Shown piece after piece: positions 46,320 to 58,700 of a stretch of 64,000 nt of DNA (positions within the stretch are counted from its first letter, which is position 1; each line of letters opens with the position of its first letter). The notes under the pieces are model-generated. The model did not search any database and had not been told where the DNA came from. It worked only from the letters and a program-made list of their open reading frames with translations. This stretch comes from a virus. The translations under genes were made by a program, and so were the position numbers. The DNA is taken from positions 17,265 to 81,264 of the IMG/VR virus record IMGVR_UViG_3300032011_003203, one strand, 5' to 3'.

Positions 46320-49300
46320 TTCAAGAAAAAGTTAAAGTTCCCTTTCGTAAATTAAAGCATATACACCATATTTCCGACATACAAATTAGGAACTTGAAAA
46401 GACACAGAGAGTACGAAGAAGTATTCAATGGGTTGTATGAGGAAGTAAAAAAGAATCCAAATAATGCGGTTGCATATATTGGTGGTGATATTGCTCATTC
46501 TAAATGTGAGATGTCACCAGAATTGATAGACCAATTGTCAAGGTTATTTAAAAACCTTGCAGATATTGTACCTACAATTATTATCGCTGGTAATCACGAT
46601 TGTAATTTAAATAATCTAAATAGAATGGATTGTTTAACACCAATCGTAGAAAATCTAAATCATCCAAATCTACACTACCTAAAACGAACAGGTGTTTATA
46701 CATTTGCAGATACTGATTTTATAGTGTGGGATGTTTGGGATAAAGAAGAAGATTATATTAAAGCAAAAGATGTTCCAGGTGATAGAAACAAAGTTGTATT
46801 ATTTCACGGAACAGTCGATAGGAGTGAAACTGATTTAGGTTTCAAACTACCAAGTAAAGTAAAGATGAGTATGTTCAAAGGATATGATTTAGGATTACTT
46901 GGAGATATACACAAACGACAACATCTTAATAAAGAAGAAACTATATCTTATTGTGGTTCATTAGTACAGCAAAATCACGGAGAGGATATAGGTAAGGGTT
47001 ATTTACTTTGGGATGTTCCTGCCCGCAAATCGGAGTATATAGAGATACATAATGATTATGGTTATTATACTATTAATATTGATGATGGTAAGTTACCAGA
47101 TTTAAGTGATTTACCAAATAAACCACGAGTTCGTGTACGAGTAAGTAATACGAAACCTGCTCAATTAAAACGATTAATGACTAAAGTTCAAAAGATGGCT
47201 AAGATTCAAGAATCAGTTATCACAAGAGTAGACGGATTATCAACAGATAAGATTCGTGATAATAAAGTTAACATTGGTGATGTATCTAATGTTGGTTATC
47301 AGTTTGATTTAATTAGTGAGTATTTAAAGAACAATTATATTGTTGATGATAATACTATGATTAAGATTAAAAAAGTACTTACTGATTTAAACGCGGTTGT
47401 ACCAGAAGCTGATATACAAAGAAATGTACATTGGAAGTTAAAGAGATTTGAATTTAGTAATCTATTCAGTTATGGTGAAGATAATGTAGTTGATTTCACT
47501 AAATTAAATGGTATGATTGGATTGTTTGCTCCAAACGCAAGTGGTAAATCAGCACTATTAGATGCATTATGTTTTAACTTATTTGATTTAAGTTCTCGTA
47601 CATTTAAAGCAGATAACATTATTAATAAAGCAAAAACTACATTACATTGTAAAGTTAATTTTGAGATAGATGGTATAGATTATTTTATTGAGAAAAAAGG
47701 TAAAAAGAATCTAAGGACTGGACATGTCAAAGTTGATATAGATTTTTGGATGGTAGATGACACAGGTGAAAGTATATCATTAAATGGAGACCAAAGAAGA
47801 ACCACACAAAATAACATCAAACGAGTTATTGGTAACTACGAGGATTTTATTTTAACATCTATGAGTTCACAGAATAACTCTACAGTCTTTATTGATAAAA
47901 CTCAAAAGGAAAGAAAAGAGTTGTTATCTCAATTTATGGGATTAAAGATATTTGATACTTTATGGCAACAAGCATCTGAGGATATTAAAGAAGTAAATAC
48001 ACTACTTAATGATTTTAAAAAAGCAGATTATGATAGTGAGTTAGCAAAGATAACTGATGATTTAATTCTACTTGAATCTAAAGAAAAAGATTTTAAGAAA
48101 GATGAGAAAGAATTAAAGAAATCAATCAAAGATATAATGAATAGTATTAAACAAGAAACTCTAAGATTAAAACCAGTTGATACTACACTTAAACCAATTA
48201 AAACATTGGAAGATGAACACTCTAAGTTAACAACATTACGAGACAATGTCAAGGAAAAACTTAACGAACTTTCAACCGAACAATATGATTTTGAAAAAGC
48301 AGTAAAAGAGATTGAGAATAAGATTGTAATATACCAACAAGATGGTGTAGAAGAAAAGTATTATCAATTAGAAAAGTTAGAAGAAGAACGAGATTTATTT
48401 CAAATAGAATTAGATAAATTAAAATCTGAAGTACGAGTTAAATTAGATAAGATTGATAAACTTGGTAATTTGACACACGATGAGGATTGTGAACATTGTA
48501 TGAGTAATCCATTTACATTGGATGCTATTGAAACTAAAACAAATCTTGATAAAGATAAACTTCTTGCACAACAATATGTTCAGAAAAAACAATTGATGGA
48601 AGATGAGATACAGAAACAATTTAAGGTTCGTGCGTTTAAAAAAGATTTAGATGAATTAGAAGGTAAGTTAAGTGAAAAACAAAGATATCAAGAAAACATT
48701 ATATCTAATATAAATCTTATAAAAGAAAAACAGAAGAATATAACTACTCAGTTTAATCTTATTACAAGTGATATTGAGAAATCAAAAGCTCAAGAAAAAA
48801 ATGTAGTGTTTAATGAACAGATTGCACAAGCAATTGACCACCTACAAAACAACAATGATGATTTAGATTATCAGTTAGATATGGTTAGTAAGAAATTAAC
48901 TTCCATTCACGGAGATATAAAAGTTCTTAAAACTAAAGAAAATCAAATCAACACTAATATAGATAAAGTAGAAGAACTTGAGGGAGACCATCAAGCATAT
49001 CAATACTTACTTGAGGCAATCAAACGAGATGGTGTACCATATGATTTGATTAGTAAATCATTACCAACAGTCGAGGGTGCAGTAAATGATATTCTTGCAC
49101 AGATAGTTGATTTTAGTATTGTGTTTAATATGGATGGTAAACAAATAGATACTCACATTGTTTATGATGATGATAGAGTATGGCCTTTAGAGTTATCAAG
49201 TGGTATGGAACGATTCATTAGTTCACTTGCAATAAGAGTTGGTTTAATGAATGTAAGTAATCTACCAAGAAGTAACTTCCTTGCTATTGATGAGGGATGG

Positions 49301-49477
49301 GGAACGATGGATAATGAAAACTTAAATTCAGTTTCACAATTGTTTCAATATTTGAAATCAGAATTTCAATTCTCATTGGTTGTTTCTCATATAGAATCTA
49401 TGAGAGATTTTGTTGATACTTTATTAGAAATTAAAAAGGTTAATGGAAGTTCATCCGTTAGGTTTAGTAGAGATTGA
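46316..49477 (+). CDS. Fused Mre11/SbcD nuclease and Rad50/SbcC ATPase (T4 gp47-gp46 equivalent)
   Basis: HISDIQ, GGDI, AGNHD, FHG, GDIH phosphoesterase motifs; APNASGKS Walker A, coiled coil with CEHC hook, LSSGME signature, IDEG, VSH. Confidence 0.92.
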   Translation: MIQEKVKVPFRKLKHIHHISDIQIRNLKRHREYEEVFNGLYEEVKKNPNNAVAYIGGDIAHSKCEMSPELIDQLSRLFKNLADIVPTIIIAGNHDCNLNNLNRMDCLTPIVENLNHPNLHYLKRTGVYTFADTDFIVWDVWDKEEDYIKAKDVPGDRNKVVLFHGTVDRSETDLGFKLPSKVKMSMFKGYDLGLLGDIHKRQHLNKEETISYCGSLVQQNHGEDIGKGYLLWDVPARKSEYIEIHNDYGYYTINIDDGKLPDLSDLPNKPRVRVRVSNTKPAQLKRLMTKVQKMAKIQESVITRVDGLSTDKIRDNKVNIGDVSNVGYQFDLISEYLKNNYIVDDNTMIKIKKVLTDLNAVVPEADIQRNVHWKLKRFEFSNLFSYGEDNVVDFTKLNGMIGLFAPNASGKSALLDALCFNLFDLSSRTFKADNIINKAKTTLHCKVNFEIDGIDYFIEKKGKKNLRTGHVKVDIDFWMVDDTGESISLNGDQRRTTQNNIKRVIGNYEDFILTSMSSQNNSTVFIDKTQKERKELLSQFMGLKIFDTLWQQASEDIKEVNTLLNDFKKADYDSELAKITDDLILLESKEKDFKKDEKELKKSIKDIMNSIKQETLRLKPVDTTLKPIKTLEDEHSKLTTLRDNVKEKLNELSTEQYDFEKAVKEIENKIVIYQQDGVEEKYYQLEKLEEERDLFQIELDKLKSEVRVKLDKIDKLGNLTHDEDCEHCMSNPFTLDAIETKTNLDKDKLLAQQYVQKKQLMEDEIQKQFKVRAFKKDLDELEGKLSEKQRYQENIISNINLIKEKQKNITTQFNLITSDIEKSKAQEKNVVFNEQIAQAIDHLQNNNDDLDYQLDMVSKKLTSIHGDIKVLKTKENQINTNIDKVEELEGDHQAYQYLLEAIKRDGVPYDLISKSLPTVEGAVNDILAQIVDFSIVFNMDGKQIDTHIVYDDDRVWPLELSSGMERFISSLAIRVGLMNVSNLPRSNFLAIDEGWGTMDNENLNSVSQLFQYLKSEFQFSLVVSHIESMRDFVDTLLEIKKVNGSSSVRFSRD

Positions 49478-49627
49478 TGGCATTTTAGCCTTTGGTGGTA
49501 AACCACCTTTCATCTTACCTAATGTTTGATTTATAAAAGAAGAACAATTAGTTCTATTCTCTTTGCAGTAATATTTCAACCATTCCATAACATCTTCATC
49601 TAATGTAAAGTTATATCTTTTTTTCAT
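49451..49627 (-). CDS. Ribbon-helix-helix DNA-binding protein
   Basis: MKKRYNFTLDEDVMEWL...NCSSFINQ; own promoter motif at 49663-49671 on the minus strand. Confidence 0.65.
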   Translation of the reverse strand: MKKRYNFTLDEDVMEWLKYYCKENRTNCSSFINQTLGKMKGGLPPKAKMPSISTKPNG

Positions 49628-49731
49628 AATTATACTTACCTTATACACACTTTATATATATAAATAAGTATCATTATTTTAAATTTTAATATTTATATAA
49701 GAATACTTTTATAACGGAGTAGAACATTTAA

Positions 49732-52700
49732 ATGGCAATCTTAAAAAGAATCAACAAATATCAAGGTTTAAAAGATATAGATATTCTTGTAGAAGAGGTT
49801 GGGTTAACTTCCCAATACTTCCAAGTTTACGATTTTCCAGACCAAGTACCACAAGGTAAATCATCATTCTTAGTTGCAGGTTCACCTTTCTTAGCAGACA
49901 ATGTAGAACTTAAAGTTGAAATTATAGATGCAGGTGGAAACACAGTCTATACTGAAGCAATAACAGATTATCTTGAGGGGAACGCACGTCGTGTATCAGT
50001 AGAGGTATATGATGATGTTGTACCTGGTGATGGTTTTATGTATATAGTAGGTGAACTCAAACCTAACTATAAACAAATATCTGGCTTAGAAGCAAATCAA
50101 GATAATATAACCGATACTCAAATAATAGACCCGGCAAGTTTTGGGCCTGGACTTGGTGCGGGTAATATACCCGATGAATTTATAGAACAAGTTAATGCAC
50201 AGAATGCTCAAGATGTGCCAGAAGAATTTCAAGGTGTTTATAATGTACGATATGTAAGACCAGTATTTATTAATGCTGCATTACCTAATTCACAACCAAT
50301 CTTTTTTTACCAACAACCAAGAATAACAGTCACGGAAGTTGTTAAACCTTTTATAGAACAATTAGCACCAAGTGGTTCAGTCGTATTAAGTGGTAGTATA
50401 GAAGCTAATCCCGCACCTGATTTGGCACCATTACCAGCACCAATAGACCCACCACCAGGTTTTCCAAAAAATCCCGCAGCAGAGGGATTGGGTAAAATTG
50501 GTCAGATAAACGAAATATTTAAATCAAGTAAAAAAGCAAAAGCTAATCCATTTAGAAATTCTGGTTTTAGGTCAAGGGGGAGATTAATACGAAGAGCATC
50601 ACCTGAACAAGATAGATTCTCAATGAAAATACACGCACTTGAAGAATCAAATGAAACCACAAAGGATAAAGCATCAAGTGCATTAGTAGGTGCAACTCTT
50701 AAAATTAAATCACCAAAGATTGATTTAGTTAAATTTCCTGCAGCTGATTTTGATATACCCGAAGTATTTGAAACAAGTGTTAAAAAAGTTTTAAATGAAG
50801 AAACAATTGTACCAGTAGATGATTTTTACATTACAAGAAAAGATACAAAAGAACAGATACCAGTACCTATTATAGCAGATGAAGTTGCTGGTGGTGGACA
50901 ATCTGAAGTTACAATGTCTTATACACCTTTTCCTGAACAATCACTTAGTGCAACACACAATCGTTCTTTTGCAGATATAACAGTCGCAAACCTAAGAACC
51001 TTTAGTGGTGATGTGTATAAAACAAAAATTTATGGTAAGAGTCAAGGTTCACTTGGAGATTTTGAATTATTACACGAGGGTACAATTGAATCACCACAAA
51101 CATTAATAGACCCATTTAGTCCAGATGGATTTTTAAATATTGGTTATTTCCACACACAGAGTATAGTGGATAGTTATTGGTTAGTAAGTGGTGGTGCTGT
51201 TACAAGAGATGATACCAAAATATTAGATGGTGTTCAAATTAGTGGTTCTAATTATGGTGTAAGTGATTCGGTTGAGTTTACAACATCAGGTAGTTTTTCA
51301 TTAGAAAAAGGTGTACCTTATTCCATTACATTTAATGCACATTATTTTAAAGAAGATAAAGTAAAATCAGATGGTAGTGTAGGAAAAGATTTTGAATTAG
51401 ATGTATTGGTAGATGAGGCAGCATTAATAGGTGGTTCGTTAGATGGTAAATACCAATCGGTTGGTAAAGTAGATTTAGATGGGTTAACTGAATTTGAAGG
51501 TACAATTCCAGGCATTTACACAACATTTTTAACACCAAGTGATGTAGGACCAACTCTTAAATTAAAATTTAAATTAAATTCTGGTAGAGCAATTATTAAT
51601 GATATAGTTGTTCGTCCACATGCAGAAACAAACTTTAATCCAGATTTCTTTAGGGTGGTATTACCAATGGCATATCCATTACCTAAACAGCCAGATTTGT
51701 ATGATTTCTTAGTTGAGTTCTATGATGTAAATAATAATATTGCAGAAACATTCACGATAGGACAAAATATAGAATTTACAGGTGCACCATTAAATATTGA
51801 TGGTGAGGATAACCTACTTAGTGGTTCGATGTTTATTGGTTCTGCACAAGGTAGTGGTTTTGAAATGGCGGGTGTATCATCTGCGTTTCTAAGGTCTATT
51901 GGATATAATGGATTTGATAAAACAATTGCAGAAAACAAGGGTGGATTTTTACTCTTTAGTGGTTCAATTGGGGATAGATTAACTGCAAGTGAAGCATATG
52001 AGGGTGTTGGATTAGAGATTGTAGATGCCCATACTTCACAAGATAGATATTTAAAATTCAGAACAAATCCAAGTACATTTGAAGTTGTTACCGACCAGTT
52101 CTTTTTAGGACAAGCTGGTAATTCTTTTGTTAGTGGTGCAAATGGTAACATAGAAATATTTTCATCAGGTACTACAACACTAAGTGGTAGTAATGTTGAT
52201 ATACTTACACCTAATTTTTATCTTGGTGGTGATAGTAATTTTATAAGTGGTAGTGGTGGAAACATAGAAATATTTAATAGTGGTACTACAACATTAAGTG
52301 GTAGTGCAGTTGATATTTTAACACCATCATTTTTCTTAGGTGGACAAAGTGCATTTGTAAGTGGTAGTGGTGGTAATGTAGAAATAAGTTCAAGTAATTT
52401 TCATTTAACTGCAGGTGGTGATGTAACGATGAGTGGTACAATTACTGCAACTGCGGGTAATATTGGAGATTTCCAAATTATAGATGGTCAGATTAGTGGT
52501 AGTAATATCACAATGAATGCAACCAATTCCACAATATTTAAAACAGACCAAGGACCTGGTTCTGATAGTGGAGAATCTTTTAGACAATTAAAAGATGAGT
52601 ATTATATTGATTTTACACCAGAGGATGAAAGTCCTGATAATTTCCATGTCAAGTTCGGACCAAACTTTTCGGTAGATAAAGATGGTGTACTTTTTGCAAG

Positions 52701-55700
52701 TGGTGCAAGATTTGAGGGTAGTATTACAGCATCACAAGGTTTGATTGGTGGATTCACTACAGATAGTAGTTCTTTCCATAGTGCACACATATTCATAAGT
52801 GGTTCACCAGCAGTTGGTGGAGCACCAAACGATAGAAATATGTTCATCTCATCTTCAAATTTCAATGTAAAAGAAGATGGTAGTATCACAGGTTCAAGTG
52901 CAAGATTTGATGGTAACACGGATATAAGTGGAACAACCACAATCGGTGGAAACTTGACTGTAGATGGAACTGGTACGATTGCATCATTTGGATTAACAGA
53001 AACAGCAATCTCAAGTTCTAATGATAATTTAATTTTAAAATCAACTGGTGAGATAACCGCATCAGCAGCAAAGATTTCTGGTGATAGTGTTGATATAGAT
53101 GTTTCACAATTTGAATTGGATGCAACTGATGTAGCAATATCATCACAACACGCATCAATGAGTTTAGGACACGATGCAGATACAAATGGTGGTGTACGAT
53201 TAGTTGGAACTAATGGTGGTAGTATTGTAATGGGAGATAACCTACCTGCAAACTTATCTGATAATGGTATCTTTATGAGTGGTAGTGGAGATTTTAATTT
53301 TCAAGGTGATACATCTAACTTTATTAGAAAGATAGGAACTGCAGTTACAATCGCATCTGAAACATTTGGATTAGATGCTGGTTCACTTATTATCAGTAGT
53401 TCAATGGATAGTGGAAAGGGAGTTATACGATTAGGTACAAGTGGTGGACCAAACTCACCAACAAGTACAACCGCAGGAATCTATATGGATGGTGGTGGTG
53501 CATTAAATGTAGTTGGAAACTCTACAAACTTTTTACGAACAGATGAGGGTTCATTAACAGTCAATACCGATACCTTAGATTTAAAAACAAGTACATTAAG
53601 AGTATCATCATCTAATGGTGGAGTAATTGCTTTAGGTGAAACCATACCACAAAAACTTGAAGCAGCTGGATTATTTTTAAGTGGTAGTGGACAATTTAGT
53701 TTTTACTCATCATCAAGGGGACACATAGTATTTGATGGTACAGATTTTAAAATAGCATCAGAAAATTTAACAATTGATACATCAACACTTGATATCAATA
53801 CTGCAGGTGGTGGTAATATCGCACTTGGTAGTGGTTCACCATCATTAACTGCAGCAGGTATTTTCCTAAGTGGTAGTGGTGATTTCAATTTTATGAAAGA
53901 TGCCAATAACTTTATACGACAAAGTGGTGGTACATTCCAAATAAAAGCTGATACATTTGATTTAGCAACTTCAACATTAATAATTGATTCAGCAGCAAAT
54001 AATGGAAAGATTGCTTTAGGTGCAACACCTAACACAAGTGTGGGTGGGACTAATAAAGGTATCTATATGGATGGTACTGGTGATTTCTTAGTAAGAGGGG
54101 ATGGTAATAACTTCTTTAAATTTGATGCAAGTGGAGCTTCGATAGAAATAAAATCAGATACATTTGATTTAGCAACAACCACATTGATATTAGATAGTTC
54201 AACAAATAGTGGTAAGTTAGCTTTAGGACAAACACCACCATCTGCACATAATAGTGGTAATGGTATATATTTTGATGGAACGGCTAAGTTCTTAATTGGT
54301 AGTGCAAGTGGAGACCATTTACAATATGATGGTGATAACTTTGATATTAAAGTTGGTTCATTAGAATTAGATGCAAGTAACATTGAGATTAGTTCAACCA
54401 ACGCATCTATGTCATTAGGAGAGGGTAACATAATACTCGATGGTGCTAATAATAAAATTAAAGTTGGTAAAACTTCTAATAAACAAGTTGAGATAGTTGG
54501 TTCATCCACACAAGGATATATTGCAACAGGTAAAACAAGTGCAACATCAACTACTGCAGGATTTTGGTTAGCAAACAACAACACAGACACAGAATTTCAT
54601 GTCGGTAATTCTTCTAATTTCTTAAAATTTGATGGTGGAGATTTCTCGATTGCATCAGACCAATTAGAAGTATCTGCTTCAACATTACAAATATCTACAG
54701 CAAATGTTTCTATGAGTTTAGGACATTCAAATGATGACCCATTTGGTACATTGATAATGAAAGGTGGTAGTACACCAACATTTGCAATGGGTAGAGGTGC
54801 AGTTAGTATGAGTTTAAATTCTGGTAGTGGTATCTTCTTTGATGGAGATGGTAACTTCAGAATGGGTGATGATGATGGTAGTTTATCAATGCAAAATGGT
54901 AACTTTAGTATTACAGGTTCTGATGTTGATATTAATGTAACTGATTTAAATATTACTTCGACTGGATTTAGATTATCATCCACAAATGCTTCGATGTCAT
55001 TAGGTACAAATGACCAATTATTTATGCACGCAAATAGTTCAAGTCCATTCCTTAGTGTTGGACAATCTACAAAAGGTTACGGACAGACAGGAACTTTCTT
55101 AGGATTTGTAAATTCAGTATCAAGACCACGAGTTTCTTTTGTGGGAAGTGCTGGACATTTTAAATTTGATACTGGTTTAGATATACAAACAGATACATTC
55201 GAACTTGATGCAAATAGTGGTGATTTACAAATATCAAGTGCTCATAAATCAATGTCATTAAATGATGGAACTATTGTATTTGATGGACCAAACAAAAAAA
55301 TAACAGTCGGTACAAGTAATGCTGTTACTATTCAAGGTGGTAGTACAGATAACTTTATTGCAATGGGTAGTAAAACTAATTTTGGTGATGAGGGAAGTGG
55401 TACTGCTGGGATATTAATCGGAATGGATTCATCAAATCCACAAGCAGAATTTGTAAAGAGTTCTACAGAATATATTATTTTTGATAATGGCGTAGATATG
55501 AAAACACTCAATTTTGAGTTGGATGCAAATGGTGGAGATTTACAAATATCATCTGCACATAAATCTATGAGTTTGGGTGGTGAAGTTAAATTAGATGGAA
55601 CAAACACAAAGATAGAAGTTGGTTCAAGTAATAAAATTACTATTCAAGGTGGAAGTACTGATAACTTTATCACTATGGGTAGTAAAACAAGTTTCACACA

Positions 55701-58700
55701 CGAGGGTAGTGGAACTGCAGGTATATTAATTGGAATGGATGGAAGTAATCCACAAGCAGAATTTGTAAAGAGTGCAACTGATTACTTTATATTCGATGAT
55801 GGTTTAGATATTAAAACTACTAAACTTGAATTAGATGCTGGTTCACTACAATTATCCAATACACAAAATTCTATGAGTTTAAGTCCTGATGGAAGTAATC
55901 CTATCAGAATGGTTGGTGATGGTACAGATGCATTTATTACAATGGGTAGTAAAGCAAGTTTTGGTAATGAGGGTAGTGGAACTGCTGGTATTATTATCGG
56001 TATGGATGGTGCTAATCCACAAGCAGAGTTTGTTAAAAACTCTACAAATTATTTTATATTCGATGATGGTATTGATATTAAAACCGATACATTCAAACTC
56101 GATACAACAAATCTCGATATAGATTCATCAACCAGTAGGATTCAAATTCATAATGGTAGTAATGAAGTTGTAAGATTAGGAGAGATAAGTGATAGTGCAT
56201 CAGATTTATATGGATTAAAGATTTATGATGGAAGTGGAACTGCATCAAGTAATACACTTGTAAAACTTGGTGGAGAGGGTAACACAATTGCTGGTTGGAC
56301 AATCAGTAATACTGCACTAACGGGTGGTAATATGATTATCCGTCAAGATGGTACAATTGAATCTGCAGGATTTGCAAGTAATGTTGCTGGAAGTGGATTT
56401 AGATTAACTGCAGCACAAGGTGGATTTTTAGAAGTAGAAAATGCTAAGATTCGTGGAACATTAGCAACTGCAGTATTTGAAAAAGAAAGTGTAAATGCGG
56501 TTGGTGGACAATTATATGTAGCAAACTCTACAGTCTTAACATCAAGTGCATTTAATCCAAATGGAATACATACTGCAGCACAAACCACAATGTCAGTTGA
56601 AAATGTTACTGGTTTTGCTAGTGGTGAAATTTTATCTTTAAAGAGAGTATCTAATACAGGTTTCTCTACTGAATATGTAAAGGTTGCAAGTTCATCAAGA
56701 ACTGATACATCAAGTGATACAAATTTTTCTGGAGAACTTTATGTTTCTCGTGGATTAGGAAATGGTGTAGCAGGAGATAGTGGTTCATTGGGAGAATCAC
56801 CTGGTGCAGCACAAGCATATAGTGGTTCACAAGTAATAGTTTCTACTGGTAAATTAAATACTGGTTACATAAGATTAAACGCAAATCCAAATGATGAAAC
56901 AACACCATATATGGATATTGTTGAAAGAACAGGTAGTAACATTTATGATGTACAATTAAAAGCTCGTTTAGGAGATTTAAGTGGATTAAGTAGTGGATTA
57001 CTATTTGGTGAAACAGACCCAGGTTTTGGATTATTTACGGAAAATGTATTCTTGAAAGGAGCAATCACTGCAACTACTGGTTCGATAACTGGTCAGTTAT
57101 TTGTAAACACAACCGATTCAGAAAGATTAATTTTAGGTGTTGATATAAGTGGTACTAACGATGGTTTACATATAAATGATAATAACTATTGGTACACGAC
57201 TGGTGCATTAAAAGTTGGTTCATCAAATTATTATTTACAAAATGATTCAAGTGGTAATTTAACACTAAGACCAAAAGAACTTGATATTAGAGTTGGTAGT
57301 GTTGATTTTGAATTATCATCTACACAACAATCTATGTCATTTGCAGATAAAGATATTTTAATAAAGAAAGATGGAAGTGATGCAAGTATTACAGTCGGTG
57401 GAACTACAAGTAAACAAATTACAATTAAGGGTAGTAATACTCAAGGATATATCGCAAGTGGTAAAACATCTGCTGCTTCATTAACAGAGGGATTTTGGAT
57501 TGCTAATAACAATACGGATGCGGAGTTCCATATTGGTGATGGTACAAGTGCAATTAAATTTGATGATAATCAATTACACATAACTTCTTCAAAATTTGAA
57601 CTTGATGTTAATGAGGGTGATTTACAAATATCATCACAACATAAATCAGCATCATATGGAAATAAAGCAATTGTAATTGATGGTTCGAAAGCATTGATTA
57701 GTGTTGGTACTACTGCAAACAAACAAATTTTTATAAGTGGTAGTACATCTCAAGGTTTAATTTATAGTGGTAAAACATCTGCTGCTTCTACAACAGAGGG
57801 ATTTTGGTTAGCAAACAATAACCAAGATATAGAATTTGTAGTTGGAGATGCAACAGATTTTATAAAGTTTGATGATAACGCATTATCATTATCTACAAGA
57901 ACTTTTGAATTAAATGCAGGTGATGGTGATTTACAAATATCAAGTGGACACACATCAATGTCATTAGCAGATGATATGATTTTATTAAAAGCAGCAGGTA
58001 ATGCAGGAAGTATTCAAGTAGGACAACATTCATCAAATAATATTATGATAACTGGTAGTACTACTGCTGGTGTTATAAAGAGTGGTAAATCAAGTGTTAA
58101 TGATTTAACTTCAGGTTTCTACATAGCAAATGATGCTGGTACAGAACAATTCCATATTGGGGATGGTACTAATGCATTAAAATATGATGGAAGTAATCTA
58201 CACATAACTGCATCACAAGTAAATTTAACTGGTGAGGGTGTAACTATAGATGTAAGCACATTTGAATTAGAAGCAGCAAATGTAGAGATATCATCTGGTC
58301 AAGCTTCAATGAGTGTTGGTTATGATGATAATCTTGCAGGTGGTATAAACATCGCAGGTGGAGCAACATCTACTATTGGGTTTGGAAGTAAAGCATCACC
58401 ACGAATGAAATTATCAAGTACCGCAACTGATTCATTTTTACAAATTGGTTCACCAACATTTGCTAATCCTGCACAAAGTGGTATTCTGATTGGTAGTGAT
58501 GGTGGAACTGCTGAATTTCACATTTATAATGCTGCAAATAAAAAGATTTCATTTGATGGTAGTGATTTTGATATAAGAACTACAAAACTTTATTTAGAAA
58601 CCACAGGTTTAAAACTAAGTGGTGATAGTGGAACTGGTACAAGTAATTACTTAGCATTAGGTTCTGCAACAAGTGCAACTGCTGGAAGTGGTATTTGGTT

